DNA of 64,000 nucleotides from an uncultured Candidatus Saccharibacteria bacterium. Its GTDB lineage: Bacteria; Patescibacteriota; Minisyncoccia; Minisyncoccales; Staskawiczbacteraceae. Position numbers and translations under genes: made by a program. The stretch covers positions 4,895 through 68,894 of the forward strand of contig CAYRHW010000003.1 of NCBI GenBank assembly GCA_964424305.1, given 5' to 3'. Positions 62,981-64,000 of this stretch are shown piece after piece. Numbering within the stretch: position 1 is the stretch's first letter; the number at the start of each line of letters is the position of its first letter. Below the pieces are notes generated by a model that was not told the DNA's origin, searched no databases, and saw nothing but the letters and a program-made list of their open reading frames with translations.

Positions 62981-63893
62981 GCTTTTTATATTTTTCTTGA
63001 AACCATTTTTTCGCCATCTCTACCCCATCTTTAAACTCAACTTTCGGCTCCCACGAAAGAAGTTCTTTCGCCAAAGAAATATCTGCTTGAGTGTGACGTG
63101 GATCGCCCGCACGCGCTGACAAATACTGGATCTCTCCTCCAACCATTTCTGCCAAACTTTTAATAGAATGGGACTTCTCTTGTCCAATATTAATAACGTC
63201 TCCCCCTTTAATTTTTTTACTTTCTGCGGCTTTAATATTAGCGTCAACAACATCACCAACAAAACAAAATCCCCTAGTCTGCTCTCCGTCTCCAAAAATA
63301 GTTAAGGGCTTATTTTGAGCTCGCAATCTTAAAAATTTACCGAGAACTAAACTATAATCGGAATCAAAATCAATCCTTGGCCCATAGACATTAAAATAGC
63401 GCAAACAAACTATTTGGATTCCATAAATGTCTGAGAACATCTTTGCTACCTGTTCGCCAACCAACTTTTGCAAACCATATGGACTAATCGGATTGGGTAT
63501 CATCTTTTCTTCAAGTGGTAATTTGGGCTGATTCCCATAGACCGAAGAAGAAGAAGCAAAAATGACTCTTTTGACTTTATTGTCTATGGCTGCCTTAAAA
63601 ACATTAATCGCTCCTAAAATATTAACATGAGATGTTCCAACTGGATCTTCAATAGAAAGTGGCACCCGAGGGATAGCAGCTAAATGGAAAACACAATCCA
63701 CTCCCTCAAAAACAGGATTTATTATATTAAAATCACAAATATCCATTTGGTGAAAATCCACTTTTGGATTTATGTTTTCCTTTTTTCCAGTTGAAAGATT
63801 ATCAATAACAACTACACTATGCCCCTGCTCAACTAATCTATCAACAAGGTTACTACCTATAAAACCCGCACCACCAGTAACTATATATTTCAT
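62970..63893 (-). CDS. NAD-dependent nucleotide-sugar epimerase/dehydratase (extended SDR)
   Basis: VTGGAGFIGSNLVDRL and the catalytic YxxxK in SPYGLQKLVGE. Confidence 0.9.
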   Translation of the reverse strand: MKYIVTGGAGFIGSNLVDRLVEQGHSVVVIDNLSTGKKENINPKVDFHQMDICDFNIINPVFEGVDCVFHLAAIPRVPLSIEDPVGTSHVNILGAINVFKAAIDNKVKRVIFASSSSVYGNQPKLPLEEKMIPNPISPYGLQKLVGEQVAKMFSDIYGIQIVCLRYFNVYGPRIDFDSDYSLVLGKFLRLRAQNKPLTIFGDGEQTRGFCFVGDVVDANIKAAESKKIKGGDVINIGQEKSHSIKSLAEMVGGEIQYLSARAGDPRHTQADISLAKELLSWEPKVEFKDGVEMAKKWFQEKYKKHEK

Positions 63894-64000
63894 GAAATGT
63901 ATTTATTTAAATTATTTAAAAATGAAACATTGATATTTTTAAAACCCGTAAAACCAAGCGGGAGCAGACACAAAAGGGACAATATGGCAGGAATTCTAAT

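Noticed and set aside
1-64000. Alternative genetic code (UGA recoding, as in some CPR lineages)
   Set aside because: Conserved genes (secA, lepA, murJ, pgk, secD) are full length and uninterrupted under the standard bacterial code, so there is no need to invoke recoding.
63985-64000. Terminal string TGGCAGGAATTCTAAT, considered as the 3' end (CCA plus acceptor) of a minus-strand tRNA running off the window
   Set aside because: Only about 16 nt are available, so a fold cannot be tested.

Overview
This is an AT-rich, very gene-dense 64-kb bacterial fragment. It carries about 80 protein genes, and all but one (a TrmB-like regulator, 12457-13200) lie on the minus strand. It also carries RNase P RNA on the plus strand and three tRNAs. 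Several traits suggest a small-genome, probably CPR/Patescibacteria-like organism, which is an inference: short proteins, many small membrane or secreted ORFs, a type IV pilin, a sigma-region-4/HARE-HTH protein, a fused single-chain PheRS, a free-standing LAGLIDADG endonuclease and a T4CP-like ATPase pair. Housekeeping genes are gyrB (5' part), a pheS-like gene, lepA, murJ, murB, pgk, secD, secF, secA, hpf and rnpB. Accessory content includes a two-component system, an ECF-sigma plus MacAB/HlyD-type efflux operon, a hicBA-MazG-like operon, an 880-aa Cys-rich tandem-repeat surface protein and a 16-gene glycan cluster (48259-63893). The most interesting element is a GC-rich two-gene insert at about 10.9-12.3 kb. 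It holds a radical SAM/SPASM enzyme (11170-12255) followed 31 nt downstream by a 54-aa ORF (10974-11138) that is absent from the ORF track. That ORF has a strong Shine-Dalgarno site, a hairpin terminator, a basic leader and an acidic four-Cys core (DCEGCSSSSGDGCHGDGSCGGDGD). I read this as a candidate minimal RiPP (thioether-type) system next to a divergent TrmB-like regulator. A second GC-elevated patch (about 6.2-8.8 kb) holds orphan genes, several with their own consensus promoter or hairpin terminator. All family assignments come from motif reading by eye; no database search was possible.
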